DNA of 64,000 bases from positions 12,214,001 to 12,278,000 of the forward strand of contig OX597822.1 in NCBI GenBank assembly GCA_951406725.2, given 5' to 3'. The notes below the pieces were generated by a model. It made no database searches. It saw only the letters and a list, made by a program, of their open reading frames with translations, and was not told the origin of the DNA. The DNA comes from Octopus vulgaris. Lineage: Eukaryota. Of this stretch, positions 14,725-27,800 are shown in pieces. The position numbers and the translations under genes are program-made. Each line of letters begins with the position of its first letter. Position 1 is the first letter of the stretch.

Positions 14725-14762
<38 letters not shown>

Positions 14763-14980
14763 GTTTACGTGTCTGTGTTTGTCCCCAGTCCTCGCTTGAC
14801 AGCAGATGTTGGTGTGTTTAGATCCACGTAACATAGCATTTCAGCAAAAGATATCGATATAATTAATACTAGGCTTACAAAGAACAAGTATTGGGATCAA
14901 TTTGTTCGACTAAAAGCGGTACTCCAGTATGGCCACAGTAAGATGACTGACACCAATAAAAGAATAAAACAATAAAAGAA
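14260..14980 (+). mobile_element. SINE family A interrupted in its internal (TA)n by an inverted duplication
   Basis: Head and central block at 14260-14400, 3' half at 14765-14980, foreign insert at 14434-14728. Confidence 0.8.
14434..14728 (+). repeat. Inverted copy (about 290 bp) of 11688-11972
   Basis: Near-identical reverse complement, including the internal TA tract and the junction with the family C SINE tail. Confidence 0.95.
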
Positions 14981-15304
14981 TTTTGAATCAAATTATATAA
15001 AGGAATCGAAACGTTGGATTGCCAATGTCACGAGAGCCGAGCACAAATGAATTGTAGTGTTTAGCCACCGCGCTTTGAGAACTGCCTTCAAATTCTGTCG
15101 GGAGTCATCTCTATTTTTCTTCCTTTTGCAGGTCAATAAATTTATTGCTATTAAAATACTGAAGCCGATATAATCCACTGTACATCGCCACTAAATCTGA
15201 GGAATTATGTCTCTCCAAGAAAGCAATTATAACGTATCTAATACAGAGGTAACGTACATGGTGTGTAAGAAACTGTGCGGAAACAAGATAAGAACCGACA
15301 ACGC

Positions 15305-15905
15305 GGCGTGCTGGCAGAGTCTTTAGCACGCTGGATGAAATGTTTAAGGGTCTTTCGCCCGTCGCTACGTTCAGAGTTCAACTTCCACCGACGTCGACTT
15401 CAACTTTCATACTTTAGGGGCGATTAATATAGTACCAGTTGCGTACTGAAGTCGATCTAATCGACCGTTTCCCTCCTCTCAAAATTCAGGCCTTGTGTCT
15501 ATAATATAAAAGACAAGAGCAAGATTATATCCTTTTATATTCTAGGCAGAAGACCCGTAATTTTGGGGCGGGAATTTTTAGATCTACGCCAGTACACAGC
15601 TGGTACTTAGTTTATCGACCCCGATAGTCAAAGTCGACCTCGGTGAAATTTGATCTCAGAACATGGACAGACGAAATACATATTTCTCTACTACCCACGA
15701 GGGGCTAAACACAGAGATGGCAAACAAGGAGAGACAAACGGATTAGGTCGATTATATCGACCCCAGTACGTAACTGGTACGTATTTAATCCACCCTGAAA
15801 GGATGAAAGGCAAAGTCGACGTCGGCGGAATTTAAACTCAGAACGTAACGGCAGACCAAATACGGCTACGCATTTCGCCCGGCGTGCTAACGTTTCTGCC
15901 CCCCC
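15305..15905. mobile_element. Tail-to-tail SINE family B copies (15305-15510 +; 15530-15660 -; 15680-15905 -)
   Basis: The family B central domain is present in both orientations. Confidence 0.85.
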
Positions 15906-16264
15906 CATCCTATTAATTCGGTATAATTTCTGTTTGTATTGCTTAACCTGAATGCAGCACTGTGTGGAGGATGTTTATGAGAAAATGTGTCCCACATTTA
16001 CCATTCATCTTATATTCAGGTTTATTAGTTTATTTAGCTGATCTTACAAATAATATTACATTCATCAGAGTTAATTAAAATTTATATTAAATATTATATC
16101 CACATATCCGAATACTCAGTCTAATCCATGCTTTTACAGGAGCAAACATACACCCAGATACATACACATAATCACACGCATAAGCACATTAGTACTTACA
16201 CATATATGCATACGCATGCGCAACATCTATTCATAACTGTAGGATTTATTAACAATTACTTATT

Positions 16265-16420
16265 GCCTGTCTTTACGTTCTAGTTCAAATTCCGCCGAAG
16301 TCGACTTTGTCTTTCATCCTTTCGGGGCGATACATTAAGTACCAGTTGCGTACTAGTGTCGATCTAATCTAATGGCCCCATCCCCCCAAATTTAGGGCCT
16401 TGTGCCTAGAGTAGAAAAGA
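16265..16420 (+). mobile_element. 5'-truncated SINE family B
   Basis: GTTCAAATTCCGCCGAAGTCGACTTTGTCTTTCATCCTTTCGGGG...GGGCCTTGTGCCTAGAGTAGAAA. Confidence 0.85.
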
Positions 16421-17729
16421 ATAATTATTTATTGCTCTCTAGTTGTCAACATATTCCTGCATATATCGGTCTGTATGTCTCTCACTTTTTGTGTCTCTAT
16501 ATCTGATTGCCAGTTGTTCCTCTCTGTCTTCTTATCTATCCATCTTTTTTTTCTATATAACTGTCTATCCGCTTCTATCACCGTTGTCCCCACGTACTTT
16601 TCTAGTGACTGCCTACACTATGCTGCCACTCCTCGTGTTTCTCACAGTTAGCCTTTAGCCACAATACAATGATTATATCAGATATACATACACACACACA
16701 TATATATATATACACATACATATATATATATATACATATATATAATGTAAAAAATATATATATGTACATTATTTATATATATGCATGTATGGGTACAAGA
16801 CGTCACCAACAGTAAACAACATGAAATACGAAAACAAAACGATTGAAATACGCATATAAGGAGAGAACAAATGGAAAACAAGGCAAGTAATGCAAAGAAT
16901 ACAAAGACCGACCCTTCATCAGTTTTCGGCTGTCTATCTACTCCCTATTTCGAGCATAGTACACACGCACACATACATATAATTATTTATACATATATGC
17001 ATGTATATTCAATCTAATCTCAACGTGTCACATTTACTTCACGCTTGAATATATATGGAACACATATTACTAATTTCAGTTCATCTAAATCGCACATGGT
17101 TACCAAAAATATTCAATATATATGTTTGCATATATATATATACATACACACCCACCCATAAGGCCGATATGCGTATGGAGAATAAGACAAGGTAGAGAGA
17201 CTTTTAAATGTAGAGTAAAGAATGAAAAACAGTGGAATTGTGGAAAAATTAAATGAAATATTTTTTTTTAATATTTCCATAGATTTCAAATGCAAGGTAC
17301 ATTTTCCTATTTCTGTTTGTCTCTGTCTCTCTCCTTTACTCATGTGAGATATTGGTAGCAGGCAGCAGATAGTAATAGTACCCTCTATATTTGATATGAG
17401 TTCTTGGTTTTGACTGTTTAAACAGCAGTAGTAGCCGAGAAAGGAGGCGATGAAGAAGAAGAAGAAGAAGAAGAAGAAGAAGAAGAAGAGGAGTAGGAAA
17501 AGAAGAGAAAGAACAATAAAAATGCGGGAGTGGTATGGCAGCAGTAGAATGTTGGTGGAATCCTCTTAAATGGTCAAGTGACCTAAAAGTGACATGTTGT
17601 GGTTGTAATAGTAGTGATTGGAATTATTCTGAATAAATTCTTGGGTAGTGACTATTCTGAATATATATGTTTTTAATATTTTCTTGCGTATTATTCTAAG
17701 GCCCTTGTAGTAGTGTAATTTGTGACGGA

Positions 17730-18060
17730 CGCATTTAAACGGGGTTTGTATTTTGTGATAAATTATGACTCTTTGCTACTGCGCTGATTATAGGTTGCAT
17801 CATCCCTGAATTTATAGAGACAAATAATTCTGAAACTGGGTTGTTTGTTAATGGCGCAAATGTCGATGTTTTCGCTGAATGCTATTTTCCTGTATTCCCG
17901 AATTTTGATCTTGGATCTATGTAGAGCCATCCTTTGACGTAGACTGTTTTTGGTTTGGCCTATGTATTGAGATACCCAGAGCCAGTTACTGCATATATTA
18001 AGTTCTCCGAAGCACATTGGAAATCTATGGAATATTTGAAAATAAAAGCACTATCTGGTT
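17730..18060 (-). mobile_element. Penelope-like element GIY-YIG endonuclease relic
   Basis: Across a frameshift: DFQCASENLIYAVTGSG / SQYIGQTKNSLRQRMALHRSKI...RSSKES*FITKYKPRLN. This contains the LIY...YIG motif plus the conserved R, H, E and N residues. Confidence 0.85.
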
Positions 18061-18649
18061 GATTCCTTTTTCGAAAAACCTCAACTTTTCCAAATACGTT
18101 AATTTATATTATGAGTGTAAAAGACGAAGGTTTCGAAACAGTTGTTATCCTCTTTCTCATCCATTTTCGAAGAGATATTCAATGTGCAGGGCATCTAATC
18201 TCTATGAGGGTCCTGAGTGATGATACCCGGCCTTTTATATTTGTCTTAGTCAAAAGTTTCCATAGGAACGTTGCACCAATATTTCATCCGTTAATATTTA
18301 CGCATGTACATGTATGTCTTTATGCTTTTTTTATCTCTCAATTTTCTCATAAAAGGAGAAAAAACGGGACCTTCGATTAGACACAACATAGACTTGAATG
18401 TGGACATCACCAACGTTGTAAACGTCAATGTTTATGCATACACTTATGAATGTATATATACTTATATATGTAAGGCCGCAAGCGCGCGTACATCTCACTA
18501 CACTTGTATTCATTTCTCTACACACATGATCACAGGCACAAATATAATTTCTCTTGTGTATCTTATAACATGCTAAATTTTGCGAAAGCTTTCTATAAGC
18601 GACAATACTGCTTATTTCGTGGTTAGTTCTGTCTCCACCATCTCCATGA

Positions 18650-18863
18650 ATATCATTATTGTCGTCGTCGTCGTCATCATCATCATCAACATCATCATTA
18701 TCATCATTATCCTCAATATCATCGTAATCCTCATCGTCATCATCATCATCATTGTCATCGTCAGCTTCGTCATCTTTACACTCAACAGGGTCGTCATCGT
18801 CGTCATCATTCTTCTTCATTTTCCTTTTATTCTACTACAACTACTAATACTACTATCAACTTC

Positions 18864-18920
<57 letters not shown>

Positions 18921-18924
18921 GTTG

Positions 18925-18971
<47 letters not shown>

Positions 18972-18975
18972 GTTG

Positions 18976-19032
<57 letters not shown>
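18650..19032. repeat. (ATC/GTC)n then (CTA)n trinucleotide arrays
   Basis: Directly visible. Confidence 0.95.
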
Positions 19033-19034
<2 letters not shown>

Positions 19035-19090
19035 TTTTCCGTTTTCTTCCACTGCTTCCTATCATTATTGTTATTCTTTGTAGTAACAAA

Positions 19091-19490
19091 GGCGGTGAGC
19101 TGGCAGAATCGTTAGGACACCGGACGAAATGCTTAGCGGTATTTCGTCTGCCGTTACGTTCTAAGTGCAAATACCGCCGACGTCGACTTTGCCTTTCATC
19201 TTTTCAGGGTCGATTAAATAAGTACCTGTTACGCACTGGGGTCATATATAATCGACTTAATCCATTTGTCTGTCCTTATTTGTCCTCTCTGTGTTTAGCC
19301 CCTTGTGGGTAGTAAAAGAAATAGGTATTTCGTCTGTCTTTACGTTCTGAGTTCAAATTCCGCCACGGTCGACTTTGTTTTTCATCCTTTCGGGATTGAT
19401 AACTTTTATACCAGTGGAGTACTGGAGTCGATGTAATAAAATCATCCCTTCCCCCAAAATTCCAGGCCTTGTGCCTATATTAGAAAGGAT
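19091..19490 (+). mobile_element. SINE family B dimer
   Basis: Full head GGCGGTGAGCTGGCAGAATCGTTAG and two central domains. Confidence 0.9.
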
Positions 19491-22400
19491 TATTTGTAGT
19501 AGTAGTAATCGTAGTTGAATTAGTATTAATATTAATGTTAGTAGTTATAATAAAAATAGCAGAAGCAGTGGCAGGAGCAGCGGCAGCAGCATTAGTAGTG
19601 GATGTACTAATTATGGTGATAGTAGCAATAGTAACGAGCGCAGCCACAGCGCTCCTGTTATTTTCATAATTTACGTCATTATTTTTTTCCTATTCCCCCA
19701 CCTTCTCACTCTTCCTTTTGTTATTTTAATATTGTTAAATTAGTGAGAAAAACCTAATTACTTGAAACTTAATTACTTGAAAATTAATTATATAATTTCT
19801 ACGAATTGTGTTCGTCAGAGATAAAGAACTGCTGAGGATAATGCAAAGTTATTTAAAATAAAGAAGAAGAAATGTAACAGATAACAAGATATGCGATATT
19901 TAAAATAAAGGCAGATGTAAGTTATCTCTTGAATACTACCTAATGTGTTTAATATTGTCTCAAAAATTTTGCGCCAGAGGCAAAACGTGTTCGCTTTGTG
20001 GTGCTGTCACTTGAGTTGTTTCTGCTACTTGGCGATTACATTCGCTAAAGACAATCGTTAACATAAATTATAAAAACTGTAGTTGCTTTCTGTGAGCTTA
20101 TCTTTCTATTCGGTGGTTATGAGGTTAATATCAGAGCTGGAATGGAGGGTGTTTGTTATTGACGAGGTGGCGAATGGAGACCAAAAGTTTTTGACAAACC
20201 TAGTTGATCGATTGATTTTCTGACCGAATGTGTAATCAAACAATTGACTAGTTAATTGGGTAAGTAATAAACCACCTGACAATTAAAGACATAGAAGTGA
20301 AATAGAACCACTCCATATGTTTATTATTGGTATAATGACCCTCCTGAGATACAACAAAAGAATATTTTACTAAGGTTCCATTATATCGAAAGTGGCTTAA
20401 TTGCTAGTAATGTATGCTATCGTGAAATTAAGTACGGTCTTCTTTACAAGATCAGTAGAAAAATGCTAGCATATTACTTCTGAGAATTTGTTCGATTACC
20501 TCTTGAGATCAATTTAACATATCTTATATTTTAATCGGAGGGAAGGTAGTACCCGCATTATTTCACAGCGAATCCGAGAATAATTTAGTATTTAACAGGG
20601 TATCCTCAAACTAGAAGCCTAATGCGGACACTTGCAACAACGTGAGCTGTACTTAAGTAACCCAAATGTGTTGCGTGGTTTTGTTAAACCTTGGACAAAT
20701 TAAATCCAACCAAGTCGATATTTGAACACAGTACGTAATGATCCGAACCAATTACCTCTAGGCATCCATTCTGAATACCATTTCATTCTCTTGGGTTGAC
20801 ATGGTTTGTCGATTCTGACAGAATTAAAGACGAAAATGACTTCGTTGTAGTGAGAGCGAATGCAGCAAGTGATTATATTTGACGCTTTAATGACTCTGCC
20901 AAAATGCCACGGCGCTGGAATGCGAGCAAAGTTAAAGTGCCAGATAAGATGCCTCGCGGTGCTGGTTCCCGTTGCTGCATTTCGAGCTCAAATACTTCCG
21001 AAATCAACATTTCTTTTACCCTTACATGGGTCAATAAGTGAAGTACAGGTTTGATTCTTTCCTCTATCTTCTTCCTTTCCTTCTCTTCTTCTGGTCTCCC
21101 CTCCTCTCTCTCTCTCTCAGAAATAACTCGACAATGGTTAGACCTGAGGGAAGTTAGGTCCCACAAGATCTAACATGGTCACCATACCAAGGATGCAAGA
21201 CTACAACCCAACCGAAAGTATCTGGACTTGTGATTCATTAGTAATTTTAGTCAACGGTTATGTTGTTCCTGAACACCACATCAGTCCTAAGAGCCTCTCT
21301 GACGCGAGGGCTTTAGTTAATGACCAGCCAGTCTTTTTCCCTATTGTCAAGGAAGCATAGACCGTATTATCCGTTGTGACTGTTTCTTTTTCATTTTTAA
21401 CTGTTGAATGGGAAATGTGTGAAACTTGGCTGTTATTTCGAGCTAATCGTGCGATCACGTCGATGCACTCTCGCTGGTTCGCATTTATCGGATGTGGAGA
21501 GATGGTATGTTGGACTAAACCCTTCTGAAAGAGGTGCCCCAACATGGCCGCAATTCGATCGTTGAAACAACCAAACAAATAAAAAATATATCGCAACGTT
21601 TGTTCCCGTTCTCTATACACTGAGTTCAGATGGTATCAAAGTGAAACTTTGCTTTTCATTCTTTCGGGGTCGATAAATTAAAATATTAGCGAGGCAAATT
21701 GGCAGAAGTCATTTCGAAAAGCCGAATACAGTGCATTTCTTTTTATTTCTTCCGGATCTTTGTGTTTTGCGACCTTGGGTGTTAGATTTAATCCGCCATT
21801 GCACTCGACAACACACCTTGATACTTGGGAGCCTTTAGCGGAATTGAATCTCTTAGAAGTAGACAAACCAGGCTTCCTGCTGGAGGATAACTTCGCCCCT
21901 TCCTCTAGTTTCTGATAAACAATGGATTAACATGTTACCCTCCTGGCCCGTATGAACGGTTAAAAAACTTGATTAATGGTTTCTGTAGCCTGCTGTTATG
22001 TTGAAGACGAATGATAATTGGACCGTTTCGACAGTCCCCTGCGCGCAAATTATGGCTGATTATGGAGGTAATTATGGTCAGATATTAGGCTCTTACGACG
22101 TCCTTAGGGACAAAAGATGAATGCACAATTTTAAAAATAATTCTTCCGAATAAAAAAAATAAACAAGGACAACACAAGTTCTGGAAGCAATGGAATACAT
22201 GCGAGTGAGTTAGAATAATACGTTATAATCTAGGTAGGGCTTACAGATATAAAGCAATATAACAGTAGCTGAATGAATCTAATATCCCTATGATATTACA
22301 CCATTTCACCTACGTCAGTATTGCCTTTATCCTCAGTTCAGCCTTCATCAAGCTGTCATAAGATCAAAAGGTTTTCCGTTCTGAGCAAAAGTCGGTCTAA

Positions 22401-23504
22401 TTCATCGATATTCAAGTCATTCTTTCTCGAAAATCTTAGATGTAATGTGAGGGACGTTTAATATGTATCTGATCACCTTATCAACGCTTAGAATATATGT
22501 CATAGGCCGTTTATTGTTTTTCTTTGTTGTTGGTATTTTGTTAAGCCTCCTGCTAATCCTGATACATCAGAATTACGAATAAAAATATTCCAGCTAATAC
22601 CATCTCGTCCATCTTTTCATAACATAGATCTATATGTAGGACTCCATTACACAAATGATGTTTCATCTATAACGAAACTATGGTTGATTGTGGCTTTCAT
22701 GGTTGCTATTTCTAGCAGTAAAACTAACCAAGTACATGTTCCCTCAGTGGTTCGTTGATATCATTTAGCATTCATATCATTGAGCTGTATATTAAATATA
22801 GGTGAATAAATAGTTTTTACAGTTTTGGATAGAAGCCCGCCCTATATTTTCCCAAATCTGGCTTCATATCTGACCGGAGCCAAATTCACAATTCTTCCTT
22901 TCAGGGTCGATAAATTGAAATGGAGGATTAACAGAAACGTAAAAGAGTCTGGGAGATTCCGTACGGTATCCGGTTCCTTTTCATTTTCGTTCCCAGAACA
23001 AAGCCTCCGATGGTCCTTGCGCGAAAATAAATCACCCCAATTCGGCCATGTTTGTCCCTTTGCATAAACGTCGGTGGAGCGAGAATGAATCACTTGCACG
23101 CATGCGCATCAGCAAGTCTTCCCAAAACAGAATTTTCTGGTCCAAACCCGCGCACACATTTACCGACAATTTGTTCAACATGGCTTGAAGGAGTTTCCAC
23201 ATGTACATAGACGTTCTAGCTGTGACCATACTGTCTGTTGTACATAATAATACATCTTAAAAACATTTCATTTCTTCTCAACGAATAAAATGATATGAGT
23301 TAAGGTGAACATGGTTGCCATTTCTAGCAAATTAAAACTTCCTTCGATAACTGTTCTTTGTTACTGTTACTTAGACTCATGCTAAAATAGATGTCTCTCC
23401 TAATATTACCCCCATGAGACTTTCTTACTGCTGACACAGTTTATCTAGAACTACATTCTACAATTTGTTGTTTCCTCATTTTATTTTTAAACAATAGTCT
23501 GAGA

Positions 23505-23795
23505 TGTGGTTGTGTAATGAGAATAACATGGATCCGGGTTCAGTCCCACTGCGTGGCACATTGGCCAAGTATCTTCTACTGTAGCCTCGGGTTGACCAAA
23601 GACTTGTTAGTTCATTTAGTAGACGGAAACTGAAAAAAACCTCAATTAGCATGTCTTTGTTTGTCTTTGTTTCTCACCACCGCCTGATAAACGCTGTTGG
23701 TTTGTTTGCGTCCCCGTAACGTAGCGGTTCGGTAAAAAGATAAATACTAGTGGTCGGTCTTTGAAACCAGCCGCCTAGCATGGCTGCAGTTCAAG
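23505..23795 (+). mobile_element. SINE family A, degenerate
   Basis: CCGGGTTCAGTCCCACTGCGTGGCAC...TAGCCTCGGG...CCCCGTAACGTAGCGGTTCGG. Confidence 0.8.
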
Positions 23796-24299
23796 TAAAA
23801 TGTGACAGGCTATATCTTCAATCTAATGAAATTGAAGCTGCTATTTCTAGCAGGACAAGTGACCATGTAGAAACGCTTCCATTGGTTCCGTGGCTGGATT
23901 TTACACATGACGTGTAGAAGAGTGGTTCTTAGTGTTGAAATTCTATTTATATGTTGTGATTTTATCCGGAATATCCAGAACCTTCCAGAATATCACCCCA
24001 CACCCCTATCCTACCCAGTTCCCACCCTCCCACAAGCAATTTTCTAAGTGACTCTTCCTTTGATGACGAGGGAATCAGTGACTTGTTAAATCTTTCTTTG
24101 GATATTGTTAAACCAGGCTGTATGAGATTGTGAACAATAAATATAATGATGGGGAAGGGGGAGAGGAGAGAGAAAGGGAAAGAGAGAGAGAGGGGGGAAT
24201 AGGAAGAGAAAGAAGGGCGACAGGGTAGGGTAGGAATGGGAGGAGGGGGAAGAGAAGTCGCGCAAGAAGGAAAAACAGGAAGAGACAAATAATCTAATT

Positions 24300-24720
24300 A
24301 TAATGAGGTTGACTTCATGTATGATGGTAATGGTGGTGAAGGCGGTTGTGGTGGTGATGGGGATGGTGATGATGGCGGTTGTGGGGGTGATGGGGATGGT
24401 GATGATATATGAATGTGGTGGTAGTGGTGGTAGTGGTATGGTGATGATGATGCTGATAATTATAACTTTGATGGTGGTGGGGATGATGATAACGATGATG
24501 ATGATGATGATATATGAATATAGTGGTAGTGGTGATTGTGATACTGATGATGATGATGACGATATATGGATGTGGTGGTGGTGATGATGAACATGATGAT
24601 TATGATGTTGATTGTGGTAGTGATAATGTGACGATGATGAAGACGGTAGCCACGAAAATGGTGATGGTGCTGAAATTGGCATCGACGACGACGAAAGCAA
24701 TGATGACGATGAGGAGAAGG
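24300..24720. repeat. Degenerate (GAT/GGT)n low-complexity array
   Basis: Directly visible. Confidence 0.9.
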
Positions 24721-24859
24721 AAAATACTAGCAAACGAATAATATGGGAGCAATGTGTGTATTGTAAGGCGAGAAGGCAACCTACATTAGAACCACTTTCC
24801 TCTAGAAACACCTTGTTTAGTTACAGAATTGAAATATCAGCGTGTATATTACCCCTACC

Positions 24860-24900
<41 letters not shown>

Positions 24901-24905
<5 letters not shown>

Positions 24906-25470
24906 GTACTGGGAGCATAAGAAATGGAATGAAGCGACGAATCGAAACGAACCCGGCGCGAAGGCGCTGTCAGACAATAGTGTAGTAAATAAGATATATG
25001 CATACATACAAACATATATGTACGTACCTACATCTACATGTATATATACATGCATATATAAATACATATACGTGAGTACAGGACACCACAACTAGACGTA
25101 GAACTCAACGAGAAACGAAAACGGAAAAGCCATTTTTTTACAACAGAAAAACAAAGTACAGGACATACTACACAAGGAAAAATCCCCAATCATCAGCTGT
25201 CGCTAGTTAGACTTAAGCGTGTTTCGAAGGCAAGTTTTTCTGTTGTAAAAAAATGTTTTTCCCGTTTTCGTTTCTCATCCAGTTCCACGTCTCTGTTTTT
25301 CTGTTGTAAAAAAATGGCTTTTCCGTTTTCGTTTCTCGTTGAGTTCTACGTCTAGTTGTGGTGTCCTGTACTCACGTATATATATTTATATATGCATGTA
25401 TATATACATTTAGATGTAGGTACGTACATATATGTTTGTATGTATGCATATATTTTATTTATTACACTAT
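24901..25470. mobile_element. (TA)n-flanked element with inverted arms of about 180 bp (24977-25156 / 25291-25470)
   Basis: Arms are near-perfect reverse complements. An extra diverged partial copy lies at 25234-25292. Confidence 0.75.
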
Positions 25471-25777
25471 ATATATATATATATATATAATTTCAACAAT
25501 TGAGGGTAAAATTAATTAATTATTAATCAATTTCACCAAGTGTTCAGTATGCAAAGGGACCATTTAAGGCGAATTCAAATTATTACATTATATAAAAGGG
25601 CTTAGTAAAATAAATTACTTCGCCGCATACTGAACTCATTAGAAATAGCAGCTAAAAAACTTTTTTAAAGCTATTTCTAATACTTAAAGAAAATCTCTCT
25701 CATATATAGCGTTTGCTTAATTCAACTCACAAAAGTTTGGGGGTAAGGACATTAAAAAATCAAATGCTAAGGTTATT

Positions 25778-25829
25778 TGAGTACGTACGTTTCAAGATTA
25801 GTCAAAGCAACATTTCTCTCTTCAGCTCA
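25778..25829 (-). ncRNA. Type I minimal hammerhead ribozyme (inverted copy)
   Basis: Reverse complement of 26270-26321. Confidence 0.8.
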
Positions 25830-26269
25830 TAAATTCCTTGGTTTGGATTTGGAAACACTGAAAGTAAGAACTTACCCTTTCGAAGATCCGCTCTCAACTA
25901 CCAGTGCCAACGAATCCAAATAAGCAAGTGAATCATTTCTGCTCTCCCTTTCCACCAGCGTGGGTTAAAATCATCAAACGCTATGCTTATTTCGGTAAAA
26001 TCCGAAGCATTAATTAGAGGGAGATTAATTATAATTTCAACAATTGAGGGTAAAATTAATTAATTATTAATCAATTTCACCAAGTGTTCAGTATGCAAAG
26101 GGACCATTTAAGCATAGCGTTTGATGATTTTAACCCACGCTGGTGGAAAGGGGAGAGCAGAAATGATTCACTTGCTTATTTGGATTCGTTGGCACTGGTA
26201 GTTGAGAGCGGATCTTCGAAAGGGTAAGTTCTTACTTTCAGTGTTTCCAAATCCAAACCAAGGAATTTA

Positions 26270-26321
26270 TGAGCTGAAGAGAGAAATGTTGCTTTGACTA
26301 ATCTTGAAACGTACGTACTCA
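26270..26321 (+). ncRNA. Type I minimal hammerhead ribozyme
   Basis: TGAG-CTGAAGA-GAGA(loop)TCTT-GAAA-CGTACG-TA-CTCA: intact core, helix I TGAG/CTCA, palindromic helix III ACGTACGT. Predicted GUA cleavage after 26317. Confidence 0.8.
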
Positions 26322-26502
26322 AATAACCTTAGCATTTGATTTTTTAATGTCCTTACCCCAAACTTTTGTGAGTTGAATTAAGCAAACGCTATATATGAGA
26401 GAGATTTTCTTTAAGTATTAGAAATAGCTTTAAAAAAGTTTTTAGCTGCTATTTCTAATGAGTTCAGTATGCGGCGAAGTAATTTATTTTACTAAGCCCT
26501 TT

Positions 26503-26597
<95 letters not shown>

Positions 26598-27049
26598 CAT
26601 ACTTTAAAATGGATGTGTTGCTTTTTGTCAAATAATAATATAATCAATATATATATATAAGTGTATATATATACGAGCAAAACGCCCCCTGTCCAATGGA
26701 CGGTGCTGAGTTGTCAAACATTTAAACCAAATTTTCTCAAAACAACTTGTCCGTCCGTCCCATAGGCCTCCCCTTTGAGAAACACTGATTTAACCTAAAT
26801 TCGAGACACCAGCAAAAGAAGAAATAAAGATAGATTTTTTTTTCCATTCCAAGAACAGCGATTTTACAAATGCACGTTCCCACGGCTTTATCGATCGCAT
26901 TCTCACCTGGAATCGAATTTTGTAATGTTTTCAAGACCTATAGACGTCCTGATACCGTCGGTATCTACAGATCAAATTTGAGCGCAATCGGATGGACGAT
27001 GCCCGGGTGGGGGGACTTGTCGGTTACATCGACACCATTACTTGATTTG

Positions 27050-27800
27050 TACATTAGTTTATCAATCACGAAAGGATGACAGGCAAATTTGACCTCAGCG
27101 GTATTTGAATTCAAGGCATAAAGCGCCGATAGAAATGCCTTAAGGTACAGCTGAAGCGTACATGCTTAGGGGCGAAAAGCGTGTGACCCTGAAATACCCG
27201 CTGACGATACGGAAGGGTTTCCAGCATTGTAATGAGTTTAGAAGAGCTTGGAAAACTTCTGAGTAGATACTTAAGTTTCTTATTTCTATATTGTCCACAA
27301 AGGGCTAAACACAGAGAGGACAAACAAGGACAGACAGACGGATTAAGTCGATTACATCGACTTCAGTGCGTAACTGGTACTTAATTTATCGACCCCAAAA
27401 GGATGAAAGGTAAAGTCGACTTCGGCGGAATTTGAACTCAGAACGTAACGACAGACGAATTTATCGCTAAGCATTTCACCCGGCGTGCTAACGTTTCTGC
27501 CAGCTCGCCACCCTTGTGCACCACACAGATCCTGTACTTTCTGTGTGGTGCAAAGTATCTCTGATGTCTATTTCAACTATTCAACGCGCTAACGATTGAG
27601 TCACCTCAGCGCCCATAATATTTCTTTCTATTGTAGGTTCAACGCCTGAACTTTCCGGGGAGGGCGACAGCCGATTGCATCGATCCCAGTTTTCAAGTTG
27701 TTCTTATTTTATCGGCACACTCGAAAGCATGGGATCGAAGGCGACTCTTGTGCCATTTGAACACAGAACGTAAAGAGCCAAGAAAAGTGTCGCTAAGCCT
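27050..27800 (-). mobile_element. Cluster of SINE family B copies (best copy 27285-27512)
   Basis: CTGGTACTTAATTTATCGACCCC..AAGGATGAAAGG.AAAGTCGAC...GCCAGCTCGCC. Confidence 0.85.

Larger units (their letters stand above)
25486..26510. mobile_element. Non-autonomous PLE-type insertion: 83 bp direct repeat plus inverted repeat of about 400 bp, flanked by (TA)n
   Basis: Direct repeat 25486-25568 = 26030-26112. Inverted arms 25587-25989 / 26109-26510 are nearly identical, and each carries a hammerhead motif. Confidence 0.85.

Noticed and set aside
18331-19083. Acidic poly-D and poly-S/L ORFs
   Set aside because: They derive from trinucleotide arrays next to SINE and PLE relics.
22330-23890. Recurrent GCTATTTCTAGCA motif as a regulatory array
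   Set aside because: The surrounding sequence is also similar between occurrences, so these are more likely decayed copies of one old repeat.
26675-27030. Helentron/DINE-like element
   Set aside because: Only a short CAAATTTGAGCGCAATCGG resemblance; termini are not identifiable.
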